Shown: positions 27,738 to 38,547, counted from the stretch's first letter. The stretch is DNA of 64,000 bases from an uncultured Cytophagales bacterium (GCA_964418605.1 CAYQLY010000009.1:39132-103131), one strand, 5' to 3'. Numbers and translations are program-made. Notes: a model not told the origin generated them from the sequence alone.

Positions 27738-30548
27738 CTATCGAATAATTAAACGTTTCTCCCAAGTTTTACCATCGTGAGTAAGCAATAACATGTAAAT
27801 ACCTGGTTGAAGGTTATACTCTTGTAAGTTAAGTACAACATCTTCAGATGCCGTAGATGTTGAATCCATTGATTGATTGATAACAATCTGTCCATGCATA
27901 TCGATCAAACGAAGATGTATTGATTTTGATTTCACATCTGCAGGTAATGTGATAGTAATAGAATTATTTCTTGTAGCAGGGTTAGGCGCTATGGACATAC
28001 CATTAGCATCCAATACTGACAGCATGGTTGTCATAGAGGCCTTATCCAAAGATGTTAGAGTTGGGAATGGATAAGGATCTTTGCCATTATAAAATCTGAA
28101 GGTTAGTGAAGAAACTTGCTGAGAGGATGTTGCAGGATTAACATCTGCAAGAGTAGCTATGTAAAAGCTATTATTTAGTTCAGCATAACTCAATGAATAA
28201 CGTACAACATGCACTAATCCAGCATAACTTGATTTATACTTATATAAAAAGCAAACTTTACCAAAAATAAGAAATTCTTGTCTTCCAATATAGGGTGCTA
28301 CTCCCACATTAAAACCTTTACTACCAACGCCACTGAGTGCATCCCCATTTAATTGTAATAAACGAAGCTTTTGAATATCTGGATCATCTACTGTCAATGA
28401 AAAATGTTTAGCTGATATATTATAAGAACCAGAAGATAATTTACTTTCTGCTGAGATACGCCAATTAGGGCCAGCAATGACATTAACCTGATCTCCTCCA
28501 TCAATATAGTTACATCTTGCTATTAACATTTTATTACCTGAATACTCGTGATATCCTTTATAGGTTACAGATATATATCCTCCTGATTGAGGAATTGTAT
28601 TTGCCGCAATGCGTATTAACCGACCTGGATTATCTCTGTCAAGATGCATAGTAACTCCTGAGCATCCACCAAAATCCCGCATAGTTTGAATATCTACAAT
28701 ATAAAAAGGTAAGTCTGAAGCAGCGTAATCATTTAACTCGTCATTAAGTTTCAAAAATTTCTTATCACGTTTAAGATAACGTGTCAATGTGCCATTGAAT
28801 ACACCTCTGCTAATGTTATCAACAGCCATATACCCTGGTTTGCTATCAGATACCCCTGTTTTTAATTCTTGTTTATTCAAATTCATATTTCGAAATAACC
28901 GCGTCGTGTCACTCACCATAATGTTTGTTTTTAAAATAGGTCCACTCCAAAAATCATCCAAAGGCTTGAATGGATCAGTATCGATCTGTAACGATGAAAA
29001 TGTGGTGATAGAGTTACCCGCAATATATTGATAGCGTCCATTAAAGCTAACCCAACTGGAATGTGCTATAAATGTACCATCATTGTAAAACCCAATCGAA
29101 TCATTTTCAGAACGAGCACCCATAATACGCATCACCGTATGTGTGCTGAGTGTACGATCATCCATCATATCAAATGTCTTATCTTTTCCTATCTTTAAAC
29201 TTAACACATCAAACGTCCAGCCTTGTGGGGTCAATTGACACATATGAGTGTAAGGAACTACTACAATAGCAGACACAACATCTCTTCCTATAGTCATATG
29301 TGGAAATTGCCGGCATCCTGTAAAGCGAAATCGTTGACTTCCAATTGTATACATGCCGCCAAAGTGAACCTCTCCACCACTTACATTGGTTATGTTTGAC
29401 ATTAACTCAAAATCAGTAGGGGTTGTCACACTAGGATCTGTATAGGATGAGGCATTGTGAATAGTAATACGGCCAAAAGACATGTTGAAAGAAGAGGTTT
29501 CTGTAAATTTAAGTGTCTCTACAGTAGTTTTTTCAACCCCTACATCCATACTTGAATTCATAACCATATGAAAATTCACTGATGAAGATGGAGTCATGGG
29601 ATCATTTTTAAATGCCCCAGCTATAAACAAGTTACTTTTATCTTGAAGAGTAATGTCTGCTTGATTTCCTTGATAATATAATCCGTATGGTGTAGGGCCT
29701 TTTCCTATTAAACCCGTTGATACGGCTAATGTGCCACCAGCTAATCGAATATTACCACGTAAATAGGTAGTATTATTAATAGGAATAGTCATTTTCCCCT
29801 GAAACACTTCTATTGTTACATTTTCTGATATTACCATCGGATCATTTAACGTCATACCTGGTTGATAAATATTATCAAGTTCTTCAACATTGTTATGACG
29901 AAAAATACCTCTGTTTAAATCAATAGATGAATGGCCAACTAGCTTAGAACCATCCGTGAGCTCTTTAGATAAAGCAGGATCTTGCATATCTACAAGGATA
30001 GCAGGTATGTTCTTATTCATGCGCAGATAAGCTAAATGATACGTTCCGCCAGCAGCTGAAACCACGCTAGGAATACTACCTGTAAAATTCAATCCCACAT
30101 AATTAGATGCATCAGAACGAAGATTTAGTTGTCCTTTATTAGATAAATTCCCATCTATAAATAGATTGTGGATTAATCCAAGTGTACCTGTGTATTCTAT
30201 TTTGCCATTTCTTTCAATGGTTAAATCTCCGCCTTGTACATATAGAAAAGATGATACAGCGGTTGAATACGAAATGATTCCATCCACTACATCTACTTTT
30301 TTACAAATAATATTTCCTTCTAAGATGATCTTATTTCCTCCGCAAATAACTGCCGTATCTCCTGAAATAGGATACATTCCTGCATTAATTGTACTAGAAC
30401 AACTGCCTGTCACCCAAGACATTGCATCATTCCAATTCCCTCCCTTTGAATAATAAGTTGTTGAAAAACCTTGCTGAAAAAATGTGAATAAGGTAAGAAC
30501 TAAGCCTATTCCTCGAATAAGCTTATATTTAGTTTGGATTTTAATCAT
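27738..30548 (-). CDS. Large secreted beta-helix-like protein with T9SS type-A C-terminal domain (paralogue A)
   Basis: 936 aa with a signal peptide. N-terminal 'TTYYSKGGNWNDAMSWVTGSC...YPISGDTAVIC' is homologous over more than 250 aa to the 40124..42829 product. C-terminal 'IAPNPA...GIYMLLLTHDGKTWEKRLIIR' sorting domain. Confidence 0.7.
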   Translation of the reverse strand: MIKIQTKYKLIRGIGLVLTLFTFFQQGFSTTYYSKGGNWNDAMSWVTGSCSSTINAGMYPISGDTAVICGGNKIILEGNIICKKVDVVDGIISYSTAVSSFLYVQGGDLTIERNGKIEYTGTLGLIHNLFIDGNLSNKGQLNLRSDASNYVGLNFTGSIPSVVSAAGGTYHLAYLRMNKNIPAILVDMQDPALSKELTDGSKLVGHSSIDLNRGIFRHNNVEELDNIYQPGMTLNDPMVISENVTIEVFQGKMTIPINNTTYLRGNIRLAGGTLAVSTGLIGKGPTPYGLYYQGNQADITLQDKSNLFIAGAFKNDPMTPSSSVNFHMVMNSSMDVGVEKTTVETLKFTETSSFNMSFGRITIHNASSYTDPSVTTPTDFELMSNITNVSGGEVHFGGMYTIGSQRFRFTGCRQFPHMTIGRDVVSAIVVVPYTHMCQLTPQGWTFDVLSLKIGKDKTFDMMDDRTLSTHTVMRIMGARSENDSIGFYNDGTFIAHSSWVSFNGRYQYIAGNSITTFSSLQIDTDPFKPLDDFWSGPILKTNIMVSDTTRLFRNMNLNKQELKTGVSDSKPGYMAVDNISRGVFNGTLTRYLKRDKKFLKLNDELNDYAASDLPFYIVDIQTMRDFGGCSGVTMHLDRDNPGRLIRIAANTIPQSGGYISVTYKGYHEYSGNKMLIARCNYIDGGDQVNVIAGPNWRISAESKLSSGSYNISAKHFSLTVDDPDIQKLRLLQLNGDALSGVGSKGFNVGVAPYIGRQEFLIFGKVCFLYKYKSSYAGLVHVVRYSLSYAELNNSFYIATLADVNPATSSQQVSSLTFRFYNGKDPYPFPTLTSLDKASMTTMLSVLDANGMSIAPNPATRNNSITITLPADVKSKSIHLRLIDMHGQIVINQSMDSTSTASEDVVLNLQEYNLQPGIYMLLLTHDGKTWEKRLIIR

Positions 30549-30644
30549 AGTTTTAATTGTTTTATTTTGAACAAAATTAATAAAAACTAGGACTTTATTT
30601 ACAATATTTAAGTTGAAATATTTTTATTCTTCAAGTTTTTTTTG

Positions 30645-30652
30645 TATACTTG
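30645..30652 (+). promoter_or_regulatory. Candidate Bacteroidota -7 box (TATACTTG, one mismatch to TAnnTTTG) for L31
   Basis: Lies 25 nt upstream of ATG 30677 and overlaps the TTG that opens the longer ORF, which argues for the shorter start. Confidence 0.3.
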
Positions 30653-30676
30653 CATCCTCAAAAGGATAAACAAATT

Positions 30677-30925
30677 ATGAAAAAAGGCATACATCCTGAG
30701 TACCACGAAGTTGTTTTTATGGACACCTCCAGTAACTTTAAGTTCATCACACGCTCTACAATGAATTCTAGCGAAACCATAAAATGGGAAGATGGAAAAA
30801 CATACCCTTTAATCAAAGTTGAGGTGAGCTCTGCTTCGCATCCATTTTATACAGGACAAAATTTACTGGTAGATACAGCAGGACGAGTAGAAAAATTCAA
30901 CAAACGATATACTAAGAAAAAATAA
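30677..30925 (+). CDS. rpmE: 50S ribosomal protein L31, type B (no CxxC zinc motif)
   Basis: '[16 protein letters not shown]...HPFYTGQ' matches L31. The 30650 TTG extension was rejected. Confidence 0.85.
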   Translation: MKKGIHPEYHEVVFMDTSSNFKFITRSTMNSSETIKWEDGKTYPLIKVEVSSASHPFYTGQNLLVDTAGRVEKFNKRYTKKK

Positions 30926-30945
30926 TAATATACATTCATTTTCTT

Positions 30946-30977
30946 AAAAGTCTTCTGAAAAACAGAAGACTTTTTTA
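30946..30977 (+). terminator. Intrinsic terminator after rpmE
   Basis: GTCTTCTG (30950-57), loop AAAAA, CAGAAGAC (30963-70), then T6. Confidence 0.65.
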
Positions 30978-30996
30978 TTTTTGGAACAATATAAAT

Positions 30997-32205
30997 ATGC
31001 CAAACCTTATACTTATCGATAGCCCATCAACCTGGCAGAACCTCTTGCCCATCACATTCACAAGACCAATTAGTGAACTACGTATTGGTATATTAACTAT
31101 TTCTGAAAAGTGGAAACGATATCTAAAAATCAATCAAATCTATTACAAGACAGAAGATTATTTACAAGAAAAATTCCCTTGTATCCTATCTGAGGACAAT
31201 CTGATTATATACAGTCATTTTCTACCAGACAAAAACAGTGTTCAAAAAATTAAAAAGCTAAAACAAAATGAGTGTTTAGTTCAAAAAAAAGAACTTATCG
31301 CTATCCGATGCACTAAAGAAGATGCAAAAAATATTTTAAAACACAAGCCTACCTCTACTTTATTCAAAACTATAGATTACGACACGGATCTAATTCAAAT
31401 TAATCATCCATGGGATTTGTTTATACATAATGGAAAAGAAATCAGAAAAGATTTTGCTCTCATTACGCACCAGAAAAAATCACACCGTATTAAAGATAAG
31501 CATACTGTATTATATAATCCTAAACATATTTTTATAGAAGAAGGTGTACAAGTTAAAGCAGCTATCCTAAATGCTGAAGAAGGACCTATATTTATTGGTA
31601 AAAATTCATCCATTCAAGAAGGAGCTATCATTAAAGGACCATTCTGCCTTAATGAAGGAGGTGTTATCAATATGGGTGCAAAAATGCGTGAAGATACTAC
31701 GATTGGACCTTATTCTAAAGTAGGAGGAGAAATCAGTAATTCTATTATACTGGGGTATAGCAATAAAGCACACGATGGATTTCTTGGCAACTCCATCATA
31801 GGCGAATGGTGTAATCTAGGAGCTGATACAAATACATCTAACCTAAAAAACAATTATTCGCATATAAAAGCCTGGAGCTATCCTCACGAAGATTTTCAAG
31901 ATACGCAAAGACAGTTTCTTGGATTAATCATGGGTGACCACTCTAAGTCAGGAATAAATACGATGTTTAATACAGGGACATCCGTTGGTATAGCAGCTAA
32001 CATTTTTGGAGGCGATTTCCCACCAAAGTTTATACCTTCTTTCTATTGGGGGGGAGTAATGATGCAGGACGTTTTTGAAATAAAGAAAGCTTTTGAAGCT
32101 GCTGAAAAAATGATGGGCAGAAGAGGTAAAAATTTAACTCAACAAGATAAAAAAATAATAGCTCATATATTTAATATAACTCAAAAAGATAGAACAAAAA
32201 AATAA
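30997..32205 (+). CDS. Putative sugar-phosphate nucleotidyltransferase/acyltransferase with left-handed beta-helix (GlmU-like family)
   Basis: 402 aa. The C-terminal half has hexapeptide repeats ('IGKNSSIQEGAIIKGP...IGPYSKVGGEISNSII'). Resembles the Bacteroidota 'GlmU family protein'. Confidence 0.55.
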   Translation: MPNLILIDSPSTWQNLLPITFTRPISELRIGILTISEKWKRYLKINQIYYKTEDYLQEKFPCILSEDNLIIYSHFLPDKNSVQKIKKLKQNECLVQKKELIAIRCTKEDAKNILKHKPTSTLFKTIDYDTDLIQINHPWDLFIHNGKEIRKDFALITHQKKSHRIKDKHTVLYNPKHIFIEEGVQVKAAILNAEEGPIFIGKNSSIQEGAIIKGPFCLNEGGVINMGAKMREDTTIGPYSKVGGEISNSIILGYSNKAHDGFLGNSIIGEWCNLGADTNTSNLKNNYSHIKAWSYPHEDFQDTQRQFLGLIMGDHSKSGINTMFNTGTSVGIAANIFGGDFPPKFIPSFYWGGVMMQDVFEIKKAFEAAEKMMGRRGKNLTQQDKKIIAHIFNITQKDRTKK

Positions 32206-32214
32206 TAAAAACTG

Positions 32215-32751
32215 ATGATATTAACAGATAATCAAATTCTAGAAGAAATAAAAAAGGGGACCATCAAAATTGACCCTTACCAAAAGGAATGCCTAGGAAC
32301 AAATTCCTATGATGTCCATCTAGGAAAATATCTAGCCACTTATAAAGATGATATACTTGATGCAAAAAAGCATAACCTGATTAATCATTTTGAAATTCCA
32401 TCAGATGGCTATGTATTACATCCTGGCAAAGTATATCTTGGAGTAACAGTAGAATATACTGAAACACATGCACACGTTCCTTTTTTAGAAGGCAAATCAA
32501 GTATAGGAAGACTTGGTATCGATATTCACGCGACAGCTGGAAAAGGAGATGTAGGATTTTGTAACCACTGGACATTAGAAATATCCGTACAACAGCCCGT
32601 TCGCATTTATGAAGGAATGCCGATTGGCCAAATTATCTACTTCAAAGTAGATGGACATATTGATAACTATTACCACAAAAAAACATCTGCTAAATACAAT
32701 GAGATTAGCAAAAGACCTATGGAGTCAATGATGTGGAAAAACAAATGGTAA
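32215..32751 (+). CDS. dcd: dCTP deaminase
   Basis: 178 aa with 'NSYDVHLG' and 'LEGKSSIGRLGI..H.TAG' motifs. Confidence 0.85.
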   Translation: MILTDNQILEEIKKGTIKIDPYQKECLGTNSYDVHLGKYLATYKDDILDAKKHNLINHFEIPSDGYVLHPGKVYLGVTVEYTETHAHVPFLEGKSSIGRLGIDIHATAGKGDVGFCNHWTLEISVQQPVRIYEGMPIGQIIYFKVDGHIDNYYHKKTSAKYNEISKRPMESMMWKNKW

Positions 32752-32758
32752 ACTTAAA

Positions 32759-33811
32759 TTAAAAAGAAGGACATGGAAGACGCCGAACATCACGAGGTGG
32801 CTTCAATTTTTTCTGATTACGATACCCCAAATGAAAATCATAGATGAAAGAAATTTCATGAGAGCCCCCTGTATAGGCAGCTAGTTTAGAAACTGTTAAA
32901 TCATAACTATAACATAAGCTAAAATTCATATGTTTTACCCCAAGTAAAAATACAACTGCATCATTATATTGTGTAAGTAGGCCTTTATACCACGTTCCAA
33001 CAACGATAGGCTCATATGTCAAATAAAATCCAATATCCATCTGCTGAGCTCCTCCTTGATATCTATAGTTAACCACAGGTGAAAAGCTTGTTTCACGTGG
33101 TGGAGCATCAGGATTTCTTTTATGCATTTTTTTTCTATAATCTCTAACTCTAGGAAAATGTTCTTTCGCACCAATAGGTATCTTACTACCTACCTGCAAT
33201 GACCATCTTACAGGAAGATATGATGCAGCACTTTCAATAAAAGATAAACTTGGCCTGGTGATATGATGTGCCCCTAGTCCAATCCACATCTTATGCGAAT
33301 ACAACACGCCACCCATGCCCATATCAAAATATGAAAGTGTAGATGTAACATAATTTTCATCAGGAGAACTTCCAACTATAAATCCATCGTTGGTATATTG
33401 ATTACCAAACGTTAATCCTGACCCATTAGATAATGTGAAACTCATATAGGATGCCTGGGCTCCTAACCGAAATGTTAACTTATTAGTAAGTGGAAGTTGA
33501 TAAGCATACATACCACTGATTCCATTCAAACTTATTCCAAATGAAGGAACCTGATTAGACAAAGCAAAAAAACCTACACCACTTTTAGCTTTTTTAAAAT
33601 AATGGTCAAATGAAGCAGCATAGGCTTGATTTTTACTTGATAAGCTTGGCCATTGATACCTATAATTCAAAATAAATCTAGTCTCTTGAGTAGCACCTGC
33701 AAATGCCGGATTAATATTCAAAGGAGAAGCATAAAATTGAGAGAATTGAACATCTTGAGCATACACAGCATGGGTGATTACAAAACTAAAAACTAATACA
33801 CAATACTTCAT
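32759..33811 (-). CDS. T9SS membrane protein, PorP/SprF family
   Basis: 350 aa. Signal peptide followed by 'AQDVQFSQFYASPLNINPAFAG', the family hallmark. Beta-barrel-like sequence. Confidence 0.75.
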   Translation of the reverse strand: MKYCVLVFSFVITHAVYAQDVQFSQFYASPLNINPAFAGATQETRFILNYRYQWPSLSSKNQAYAASFDHYFKKAKSGVGFFALSNQVPSFGISLNGISGMYAYQLPLTNKLTFRLGAQASYMSFTLSNGSGLTFGNQYTNDGFIVGSSPDENYVTSTLSYFDMGMGGVLYSHKMWIGLGAHHITRPSLSFIESAASYLPVRWSLQVGSKIPIGAKEHFPRVRDYRKKMHKRNPDAPPRETSFSPVVNYRYQGGAQQMDIGFYLTYEPIVVGTWYKGLLTQYNDAVVFLLGVKHMNFSLCYSYDLTVSKLAAYTGGSHEISFIYDFHLGYRNQKKLKPPRDVRRLPCPSF

Positions 33812-33905
33812 CCTTTCAACTTTATTAGTAAATAACGTTTTTACGCGTCTAAAATTACCATATTTTTTTAAGATAACTTAAAAATTAAGTATTTTTGCAG
33901 CAAAT

Positions 33906-33979
33906 GCATCCGTAGTTCAATTGGATAGAATATCAGATTTCGGCTCTGAGGGTTGAGGGTTCGAGTCCTTCCGGATGCA
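33906..33979 (+). tRNA. tRNA-Arg (anticodon UCG)
   Basis: GCATCCGTAGTTCAATTGGATAGAATATCAGATTTCGGCTCTGAGGGTTGAGGGTTCGAGTCCTTCCGGATGCA. Cloverleaf by eye, with anticodon stem TCAGA/TCTGA and loop TTTCGGC. Confidence 0.8.
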
Positions 33980-33997
33980 CAAGTTCAAGTTTAGTGA

Positions 33998-34031
33998 ATC
34001 TCTATAAAGTAAACATTATAGAGATTTTTTT
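33998..34031. terminator. Intrinsic terminator after tRNA-Arg, also facing the dprA 3' end
   Basis: ATCTCTATAA (33998-34007), 8-nt loop, TTATAGAGAT (34016-25), then T6. Confidence 0.6.
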
Positions 34032-34037
34032 ATAGAA

Positions 34038-35144
34038 TTATTTCAAACTAACCTTATATTTTTTCCCAGGCATTAATTTTATCAATCCTTCTAATTCCAA
34101 CTTTAATAAAAAAGAAGAAAGTTTATGAATTGGAATTTGTGATTTCAAACTAATCTCATCAATGTGCATCTCATTTACATTTTGATTCAGTAAAGCTAGA
34201 ATCGTTCCTTCTTCAGAACAAAGTGAAGAAGGAAGTTGCATGTCCTTTTTAATTATCTCTTTAGTTTCATCCCAATTCATCATCTGTTTTAAATCATCTA
34301 CGTTAGTCAACAAATGGGCACGATTCGACTTAATTAAATTATTACATCCCTGAGAATAAAGTTGATCTACATTACCAGGTACAGCAAAAACATCTTTGTT
34401 ATACCCATTCGCTAGATCTGCTGTTATTAAAGCCCCGCCTTTTTCAGAAGCTTCTACAACAACGACAGCATCTGCTAGACCTGCAATTAATCGATTTCTA
34501 GCTGGAAAATTTAATCGTTCGGGTTTAACTCCAAACGAATATTCAGTTAAAAGCCCTCCCTGATTGACCATCTTTTTAGAGATCAGATGATGTGAAGAAG
34601 GGTACACTATATCTAATCCATGAGCCAAGACACCAATGGTAGGAAGTTGACACTCTAATGCTATTTGGTGAGCATACACATCAATGCCATAAGCTAATCC
34701 ACTAACAATAATAGGCTGTAAGGGCAACAAATCATAAATAAACTTCTTCAAAAAAGATCTCCCATAATCCGTTGCATTCCTTGTACCAACTATTGCAATC
34801 ATAGGTGAATAATTTAGATTACTATTTCCCTTCCAGTAAATCAAAGCGGGTGAATCAATAATCTCCTTAAAACGTGACGGATAGCTTTCATCTGTAAAAA
34901 ACAATACAGATACATCTTCCTTTAAGGCCTTTTCTATTTTTTTTGTTGCCTCATCAAAATAATTTTTTTTCAGAACAGTTCGAGCAAGCTTCTCTCCTAT
35001 TCCTGAAATCTTTATAAGTTTAGAAAAAGAAGATTCAAAAACACCTTGAGCACTCCCACAATAACTCACCAAGTGCTTAATCAATACATTCCCTATTCCT
35101 GGTACTAAAGTTAAAGCGACCTGGTAAATCTTCTCATTCGTCAT
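34038..35144 (-). CDS. dprA: DNA-processing protein DprA
   Basis: 368 aa with 'VGTRNATDYG...SGLAYGIDVYAH' Rossmann-like core. Confidence 0.85.
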   Translation of the reverse strand: MTNEKIYQVALTLVPGIGNVLIKHLVSYCGSAQGVFESSFSKLIKISGIGEKLARTVLKKNYFDEATKKIEKALKEDVSVLFFTDESYPSRFKEIIDSPALIYWKGNSNLNYSPMIAIVGTRNATDYGRSFLKKFIYDLLPLQPIIVSGLAYGIDVYAHQIALECQLPTIGVLAHGLDIVYPSSHHLISKKMVNQGGLLTEYSFGVKPERLNFPARNRLIAGLADAVVVVEASEKGGALITADLANGYNKDVFAVPGNVDQLYSQGCNNLIKSNRAHLLTNVDDLKQMMNWDETKEIIKKDMQLPSSLCSEEGTILALLNQNVNEMHIDEISLKSQIPIHKLSSFLLKLELEGLIKLMPGKKYKVSLK

Positions 35145-35153
35145 GTAAGGATA

Positions 35154-35477
35154 CTACAGCTGATTTTTGATTTCTTCCAGAACTTTTTTTATAGAAGTTA
35201 ATGAATCTATAACCTCTTTTTTATTTTTTAATGCTTTATATTTCTTACTTAAGACCTCCTTAGCACCCTGCAATGTATAACCTTTTACTTTAACTAAATG
35301 ATATACCATTTTGACATGTTCAATATCTTCTGATGTAAACTGCCTATTGCCCTTACTGCTTTTTTTAGGACGAATGACAGGAAACTCTTTCTCCCAAAAG
35401 CGTAATAAAGAAGTGCTAACGCCTATGAGTTTAGCTACTTCTCCAATGGTATAATATTTTTTTAAATAATTCTTCAA
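35154..35477 (-). CDS. MerR-family transcriptional regulator
   Basis: 107 aa with N-terminal wHTH 'YTIGEVAKLIGVSTSLLRFWEKEF'. Confidence 0.75.
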   Translation of the reverse strand: MKNYLKKYYTIGEVAKLIGVSTSLLRFWEKEFPVIRPKKSSKGNRQFTSEDIEHVKMVYHLVKVKGYTLQGAKEVLSKKYKALKNKKEVIDSLTSIKKVLEEIKNQL

Positions 35478-35519
35478 GAGAATATAAATATATTAAAAAG
35501 CAAAAATAATATTATTTTT

Positions 35520-36113
35520 CTAATTTGCACTACTAATAGCAGATTTTGCTACATCCGGAGAAATTAATGAGTTTGCAATATAGCTTTTAAACTTATTCCA
35601 ACTTTGATCTTTATACTTATTTAAAAAATCATTGTAAGCTGGTATCAAAAGAGTAAGAATTCGAGTTGTTTTTCTTTTATGCGTTACAGCTTCAACATAT
35701 TCTGCAAAAAGTGAAACCAAATCCGCTACTTCTTCAGAAAATTTTTTCTTTGACTTATCAAAGTTGAAATCATAAATAGCATAGTATGTTATACATATAT
35801 ACCTGTTAAGATAATCATATACTGATACAGCCATCATAAAATCAGCACGTAAATGTTTCTTTCTATAAATACGATAGGCTTCTTCCCATGCCTCTTGATC
35901 GCTGCTAAAAATAGAGACGCGTTTTTTACCTCCAAAAAGAGAAAATTTATATTCTTTAAAGGAGGCTATTTTTTTAAAAGCAGAATCAGCTATAAAAGTG
36001 TTATCTATTCTTCGCCATGACATAAACTGACCTGACAGTTCCAAACAATATGAAACTTTACTTTTAACTAACAGGTGATTAATCGACTTATCAGAGCATA
36101 CTATCTTCATCAA
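35520..36113 (-). CDS. Hypothetical protein
   Basis: 197-aa ORF, co-directional between bcp and merR. No family recognised. Confidence 0.4.
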   Translation of the reverse strand: MMKIVCSDKSINHLLVKSKVSYCLELSGQFMSWRRIDNTFIADSAFKKIASFKEYKFSLFGGKKRVSIFSSDQEAWEEAYRIYRKKHLRADFMMAVSVYDYLNRYICITYYAIYDFNFDKSKKKFSEEVADLVSLFAEYVEAVTHKRKTTRILTLLIPAYNDFLNKYKDQSWNKFKSYIANSLISPDVAKSAISSAN

Positions 36114-36137
36114 GAAAAAGTCTCATTTCTTATTATA

Positions 36138-36590
36138 TCAATTATTCAATAGTTGTTCAGCATGATTTTTAGTATTTACCTTATCAATAATTCTAACAAT
36201 TATACCTTTTTGATCAATAACAAAAGTAGTCCGAGCAGTACCCATATACGTTTTACCATACATGCTTTTTTCTACCCATACCCCATATGCCTTATTAATT
36301 TCTTTATCTACATCAGCAATTAATATAAAAGGCAAATTATATTTTTCAATAAATTTTTTATGTGATTTTTCACTATCACTACTTACACCTATCACTACAT
36401 AACCAGCCTTCTTTAACTCTGAATCAGAATCCCTTAAACTACAAGCCTCTGCTGTACAACCAGGTGTATTATCCTTAGGATAAAAATAAAGTACTACAGA
36501 TTGACCACGATATGTATCTAGCTTTACAAGCTTTCCATCTTGATCTTTACCCTCAAATAGAGGAGCTTTATCACCCACCTTTAAAATCAT
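36138..36590 (-). CDS. bcp: Thioredoxin-dependent thiol peroxidase (Bcp/PrxQ)
   Basis: 150 aa with 'VLYFYPKDNTPGCTAEAC'. Confidence 0.85.
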   Translation of the reverse strand: MILKVGDKAPLFEGKDQDGKLVKLDTYRGQSVVLYFYPKDNTPGCTAEACSLRDSDSELKKAGYVVIGVSSDSEKSHKKFIEKYNLPFILIADVDKEINKAYGVWVEKSMYGKTYMGTARTTFVIDQKGIIVRIIDKVNTKNHAEQLLNN

Positions 36591-36657
36591 ATCTGTTTTT
36601 AAATCTCTTTACTTTTGTAAATATAAACAACGCCAAAAGTGAAACCAAATTACCAAC

Positions 36658-38547
36658 CTAAAGTTTCATCTCATATACTCTTTTATTTCCTACGCAATCT
36701 GTCACCTCAAGTTGAAATATTCCTTTTAAACTATGTTGATTGTTTTTTGCTTGAGAATATAGTAAATTCTTTTTACGATCATAACACATTAATATCCACT
36801 TACCATTTAACATAGCCCTAAATGAAGCAATACCAGACAGATCATCTCTAATCTTAAAGCTAATGGTATACAATGTCTTTTTAACGAGCTGAACACCTGG
36901 AGCAATTGTATCTGCAAGAACTAAAAAATCACCCAATACGTCTGTCTGAAAAGATAAATTAGTGCCCTGAAAAACACCTCCTTTAAATACTAATACGCCT
37001 TTTTTATCAATAACATATACCCCAATTTTGTGAGAAGGTATAGTCTCCCACTTATCCAAGTTAACCTTTAGAGTTATGAATATATCAGAAGCTAATGGTA
37101 TAGTTCTATTCCCAATAGACCACCTATCTCTATTTTTATTTACGTCTAAAAAAAGTGTATCAAACAACGAAGCAGGAGGAAACAAAATAGATAATGAATC
37201 TGTTTGATAGTAATTCTGCCTTCCAGGATATAAGACAGTCTTGATAGAAAAAGTTTTTCTAAATCCACCAACTTCTAATGAATCAGGAATAATCTTTCTA
37301 CAATCTATCAAATATGTTAACCTATTTTTAGTAATGCACGAAGGCCTTATAACATGCAGTGAATCAGAAACATACAATTTTCCAATACGGTATACTTCTG
37401 CATTAGGAAGAGTAATTTTCAAAAAATTCTCGCTCATCTCTTCTCTAAACAAAACAGAATTCATAGAAGAAGTATAATTTAAAAAAAGAGAATCATGTTG
37501 ATAGCCTTTGATATAAAAAAAAGTCGATGAGATATTATTCCTAGAATCTTTCAACACAACCTTACCAAGATGAACCAATGTATCACTCACATTATACTTC
37601 CCCAGCAAGTCATTCATCTTATAAACAGGCAATTCATTCCCATCAGATAAAAATAAACGCTGAAATTTTTTCCCCACTTCAGTAAATACATCAAAATCGC
37701 CATGCAGAAAAGAATGTGTATTGCAATAAAATGACATACACGATAGATCAAAGGAGTAAATTTTCTTACCATCAATCCACAACTCCGCAAACTTAACACC
37801 CATCTGATGATGAACACCATCCATACGATCATACGCCAATATCTCAAAACCAATAAGGCCTTTGACATAAATTGTATCTCTTAAATAATAAGATTTACCA
37901 TTATATGAAAGTGGATAGTCAAATCTACCAAACTCCCCAGAAACTCGGGCATTAGCATTTAATGTACGAATAACTATCCGTTGACTCACTGGAGGTAAAT
38001 GATCTTTAATCTCAGAAAATCCAAAAGCAAGTGGATCTAAAAAATTTTCTAATGAATCTCTAATCTCAAAATGTAAATGTGGACCATACGAATACCCTGT
38101 ATTACCTGAAAAAGCAATTGTATCGCCACGCTTATATAAAAACTGATTTTTATAAGGAAATAACTCTATTTCAAATGCCTCCTTTGCATATTGATTTGTT
38201 AAAACATAGTCAGCGATCTTCCTAGAGAATGATTTCAAATGAGCATATACTGTAGTCAATCCATTGGGATGCGTAACATATAAAACATAGCCATAGCCAT
38301 CAGCCGAAACCTTAATGCGAGAAACATACCCATCTGCGACTGCTAATACTGGACTACCTATTCCTACTTTAATATCAATGCCTGCATGAAAATGCCCCGT
38401 ACGCAACTCCCCCATATTACCAGCTAAAAAAGCTTGCCTCTTTGGATAGACCGGAAATAAAAAATGAGCAGAATTGGTAGATTGGCTATACCCAGTCTGT
38501 AGTAACGTGCCTAAAACTACTATAAAAACACTCCTACTTAACTTCAA
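36658..38547 (-). CDS. M23-family metallopeptidase, large form
   Basis: 629 aa. Signal peptide, then 'HFHAGIDI' and 'GNTGYSYGPHLHFEI' motifs. Confidence 0.75.
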   Translation of the reverse strand: MKLSRSVFIVVLGTLLQTGYSQSTNSAHFLFPVYPKRQAFLAGNMGELRTGHFHAGIDIKVGIGSPVLAVADGYVSRIKVSADGYGYVLYVTHPNGLTTVYAHLKSFSRKIADYVLTNQYAKEAFEIELFPYKNQFLYKRGDTIAFSGNTGYSYGPHLHFEIRDSLENFLDPLAFGFSEIKDHLPPVSQRIVIRTLNANARVSGEFGRFDYPLSYNGKSYYLRDTIYVKGLIGFEILAYDRMDGVHHQMGVKFAELWIDGKKIYSFDLSCMSFYCNTHSFLHGDFDVFTEVGKKFQRLFLSDGNELPVYKMNDLLGKYNVSDTLVHLGKVVLKDSRNNISSTFFYIKGYQHDSLFLNYTSSMNSVLFREEMSENFLKITLPNAEVYRIGKLYVSDSLHVIRPSCITKNRLTYLIDCRKIIPDSLEVGGFRKTFSIKTVLYPGRQNYYQTDSLSILFPPASLFDTLFLDVNKNRDRWSIGNRTIPLASDIFITLKVNLDKWETIPSHKIGVYVIDKKGVLVFKGGVFQGTNLSFQTDVLGDFLVLADTIAPGVQLVKKTLYTISFKIRDDLSGIASFRAMLNGKWILMCYDRKKNLLYSQAKNNQHSLKGIFQLEVTDCVGNKRVYEMKL

